DNA of 64,000 nt from a virus: IMG/VR virus record IMGVR_UViG_3300020424_000652; one strand, written 5' to 3'. The notes under the pieces were generated by a model. That model made no database searches, had not been told where the DNA came from, and saw nothing but the letters and a program-made list of their open reading frames with translations. Below are positions 63,721-64,000 of the stretch, one piece after another. The translations under genes and the position numbers were made by a program. The stretch's first letter is position 1. Each line of letters starts with the position of its first letter.

Positions 63721-64000
63721 TACTTAACTCCGCTCTCATTTCTAGCTCTGTTTTAAATGGCCCTTTGTGTTCATACTTTTCAAGTGTAACTAATTTAGGG
63801 CAAAAACTTTTTACCCAACCTTTTTCAAAGTGAATACAAAAATAACCTGCACAATATAAACTTTTAGACTTTTTACTTTTTGTAAACAATGCAAATTTTC
63901 TTTTTAAATCAAACATAGCATTATAAGGATTAGTTGATGTTGGCAAGTCATATATTTCTTTGCTTGGACTTGACTTATCTGAAATACTACCCTTGGACCA
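63704..64000 (-). CDS. Hypothetical protein, 5'-truncated by the window edge
   Basis: Frame open from 64000 (WSKGSISDKSSPSKEIYDLPT...). Confidence 0.55.
   Translation of the reverse strand, partial: WSKGSISDKSSPSKEIYDLPTSTNPYNAMFDLKRKFALFTKSKKSKSLYCAGYFCIHFEKGWVKSFCPKLVTLEKYEHKGPFKTELEMRAELSNVNRR

Overview
AT-rich (roughly one-third GC by eye), densely coding segment of a large T4-like/jumbo myovirus genome, with no rRNA, tRNA, CRISPR or IS seen. 1-30 kb (+) is the baseplate/tail module: gp53-, hub-, gp5-, gp25- and gp6-like genes, a 4907-aa structural protein and three paralogous fibre genes. 30-57 kb is a ~27-kb enzyme island with nine radical SAM enzymes carrying SPASM/Twitch-type Cys motifs, at least four GT-A glycosyltransferases plus further GT-like proteins, three SGNH-fold proteins, UDP-sugar dehydrogenase, HAD phosphatase, nucleotidyltransferase, methyltransferase, GNAT, two SDR-like proteins, a kinase-like protein, a 2OG-Fe(II) hydroxylase and several small ORFs. 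Its transcription units start at the same TAAATA late-promoter motif as the virion genes, and fibre genes flank it on both sides. 57-64 kb (-) holds an Mtd-N-type fibre gene, small hypotheticals and a MoxR AAA+/VWA-peptidase pair with sigma70 promoters. The best candidate for an undescribed system is this late-expressed radical-SAM/glycosyltransferase tailoring island, which may modify the virion. Other signals: apparent window-wide avoidance of GCWGC, an unannotated 41-aa ORF ending in WNWTGFGGG, a zf-CHCC mini-gene, and a GC-rich hairpin patch inside the spike gene. All family calls come from motif recognition by eye, not database searches.
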